Source: an uncultured Gammaproteobacteria bacterium
GTDB taxonomy: Bacteria > Pseudomonadota > Gammaproteobacteria > DRLM01
Direction: 5' to 3'
DNA length: 64,000 nucleotides
Assembly (NCBI GenBank): GCA_963810615.1
Contig: CAWEOA010000002.1
Location: 7,732-71,731 of the forward strand
The notes beneath the pieces were generated by a model that saw nothing but the letters and a program-made list of their open reading frames with translations, had not been told where the DNA came from and ran no database searches. A program made the translations under genes and the position numbers. Shown in pieces: positions 62,715-64,000 of this stretch (the stretch's first letter is position 1; every line of letters begins with the position of its first letter).

Positions 62715-63356
62715 TTAATTATGGAACAACCACGGCGCCTCGCTGCGGCGGCGCGCCTCGTAGGCCTTGATCTCCGCCACATGCTGCAGGGTGAGACCGA
62801 TATCGTCCAGGCCGTTGAGCAGGCGATGCTTGCGAAAGGCGTCCACCTCGAAGGCGATGATCTCGCCGCCCGGTGTGGTCACGGTCTGAGCGGCCAGATC
62901 CAGCTGCAGGCGGTAACCGGGGGTCGCCAGCGCCTCGGCAAACAAACGGTCCATTACCGCGGCGGGCAGGACGACGGGCAGGATGCCGTTGTTGAAGCAG
63001 TTATTGAAAAAGATATCCGCAAAGCTCGGGGCGAGAACGACACGAAACCCGTAGTCCAACAGCGCCCATGGCGCGTGTTCGCGCGATGAACCACAACCGA
63101 AATTATCCCGTGCCAATAATATTTGCGCACCCTGATAACGTGCTTGGTTGAGCACGAAATCGGGGTTGAGGCGCCGCTTGCCGTGATCCATGCCCGGCTC
63201 GCCGGGATCCAGATACCGCCACTCGTCGAACAGATTAGGACCGAAGCCGGTACGCTTGATCGACTTCAGATACTGTTTGGGAATGATCTGATCGGTATCC
63301 ACGTTGGCGCGATCCAAAGGCAGCACCACGCCGTTCAATTTATCTAGCTTATCCAC
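62715..63356 (-). CDS. leuD: 3-isopropylmalate dehydratase small subunit.
   Basis: The motifs [19 protein letters not shown] and [18 protein letters not shown] are present. Confidence 0.95.
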   Translation of the reverse strand: MDKLDKLNGVVLPLDRANVDTDQIIPKQYLKSIKRTGFGPNLFDEWRYLDPGEPGMDHGKRRLNPDFVLNQARYQGAQILLARDNFGCGSSREHAPWALLDYGFRVVLAPSFADIFFNNCFNNGILPVVLPAAVMDRLFAEALATPGYRLQLDLAAQTVTTPGGEIIAFEVDAFRKHRLLNGLDDIGLTLQHVAEIKAYEARRRSEAPWLFHN

Positions 63357-63435
63357 TTTGACTCCTCTTATCTCTTTCCGCTGCAGGCCTTGGCGCGCTA
63401 ATCAAGCAAAAACGAACCGCTACTTAGCCTGTAGC

Positions 63436-64000
63436 TCAATGCCATTCGCGCACATCCACAAAGTGACCAGCGATCGCCGCCCCCGCCGCCATGGCGGGAC
63501 TGACCAGATGGGTGCGTCCGCCCGCACCTTGACGCCCTTCGAAATTGCGATTGGAGGTGGACGCGCAGCGCTCCCCCGGCTCCAGGCGATCGGCGTTCAT
63601 GGCCAGGCACATGGAACAACCCGGCTCACGCCATTCAAAGCCCGCCTCAACGAAGATGCGATCCAGGCCTTCGGCCTCGGCCTGCTTTTTCACCAAGCCC
63701 GAGCCAGGTACTACCATTGCCTGCTTGACGCTGTCCGCCTTTTTGCGGCCCTTCACTACCACCGCCGCCGCGCGTAAATCCTCGATGCGGGAGTTGGTGC
63801 ATGAACCGATGAATACCTTATCGACGCTGATGGCGCTGATCGGCGTGCCGGGCTGCAGAGCCATATAGTGCAAGGCGCGCTGCATGCCTTCGCGCTTGGT
63901 GGGATTGGCTTCCTGAGCGGGATCGGGCACCACGGCATCCACCGGAACTACCATCTCCGGCGAGGTCCCCCAGCTCACCTGCGGCTTGATATCGGTCGCG
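63436..64000 (-). CDS. leuC: 3-isopropylmalate dehydratase large subunit. Only the C-terminal part is in the window; the 5' end lies beyond 64000.
   Basis: The sequence is aconitase-family: [27 protein letters not shown] and [13 protein letters not shown]. Confidence 0.9.
   Translation of the reverse strand, partial: ATDIKPQVSWGTSPEMVVPVDAVVPDPAQEANPTKREGMQRALHYMALQPGTPISAISVDKVFIGSCTNSRIEDLRAAAVVVKGRKKADSVKQAMVVPGSGLVKKQAEAEGLDRIFVEAGFEWREPGCSMCLAMNADRLEPGERCASTSNRNFEGRQGAGGRTHLVSPAMAAGAAIAGHFVDVREWH

Overview
This 64-kb window is a GC-rich (about 58-60%) chromosomal segment that looks like a non-enteric gammaproteobacterium. Pointers to that placement are fimV, two asd paralogs, a PEP-CTERM protein, and EF-P beta-lysylation genes epmA/epmB (used instead of earP). 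Most of the window is conserved housekeeping operons. These are: thpR-cinA/psd; the epmA-efp/epmB EF-P locus; htpX; the topoisomerase IV genes parE-parC; xseB-ispA-dxs followed by queD-folE2; a long minus-strand operon glyA-nrdR-ribD-ribC-ribBA-ribH-nusB-thiL-pgpA; queA-tgt-yajC-secD-secF; a tRNA-Leu(CAA); a glycogen cluster (glgP, malQ, GH57, glgC, glgB); and leuC-leuD-leuB-asd-asd2-fimV at the 3' end. No transposases, integrases, phage genes or CRISPR arrays are visible. The accessory content is dominated by cyclic-di-GMP signalling genes. These are a stand-alone PilZ, a 541-aa C-terminal-PilZ protein, a FimX-like pseudo-receiver-PAS-degenerate-EAL protein, a degraded CHASE2 sensor pseudogene, an active GGDEF cyclase, and an overlapping three-gene operon ending in a membrane HAMP-PAS-GGDEF-EAL enzyme. 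Other items worth noting are a lamin-tail-domain protein with a PEP-CTERM anchor, a rubrerythrin/HdrD-like/DUF3501 redox operon, a roughly 1.2-kb lower-GC orphan non-coding segment, and an apparent +1 frameshift in secD. All calls rest on reading the ORF translations for family motifs; no database search was possible.
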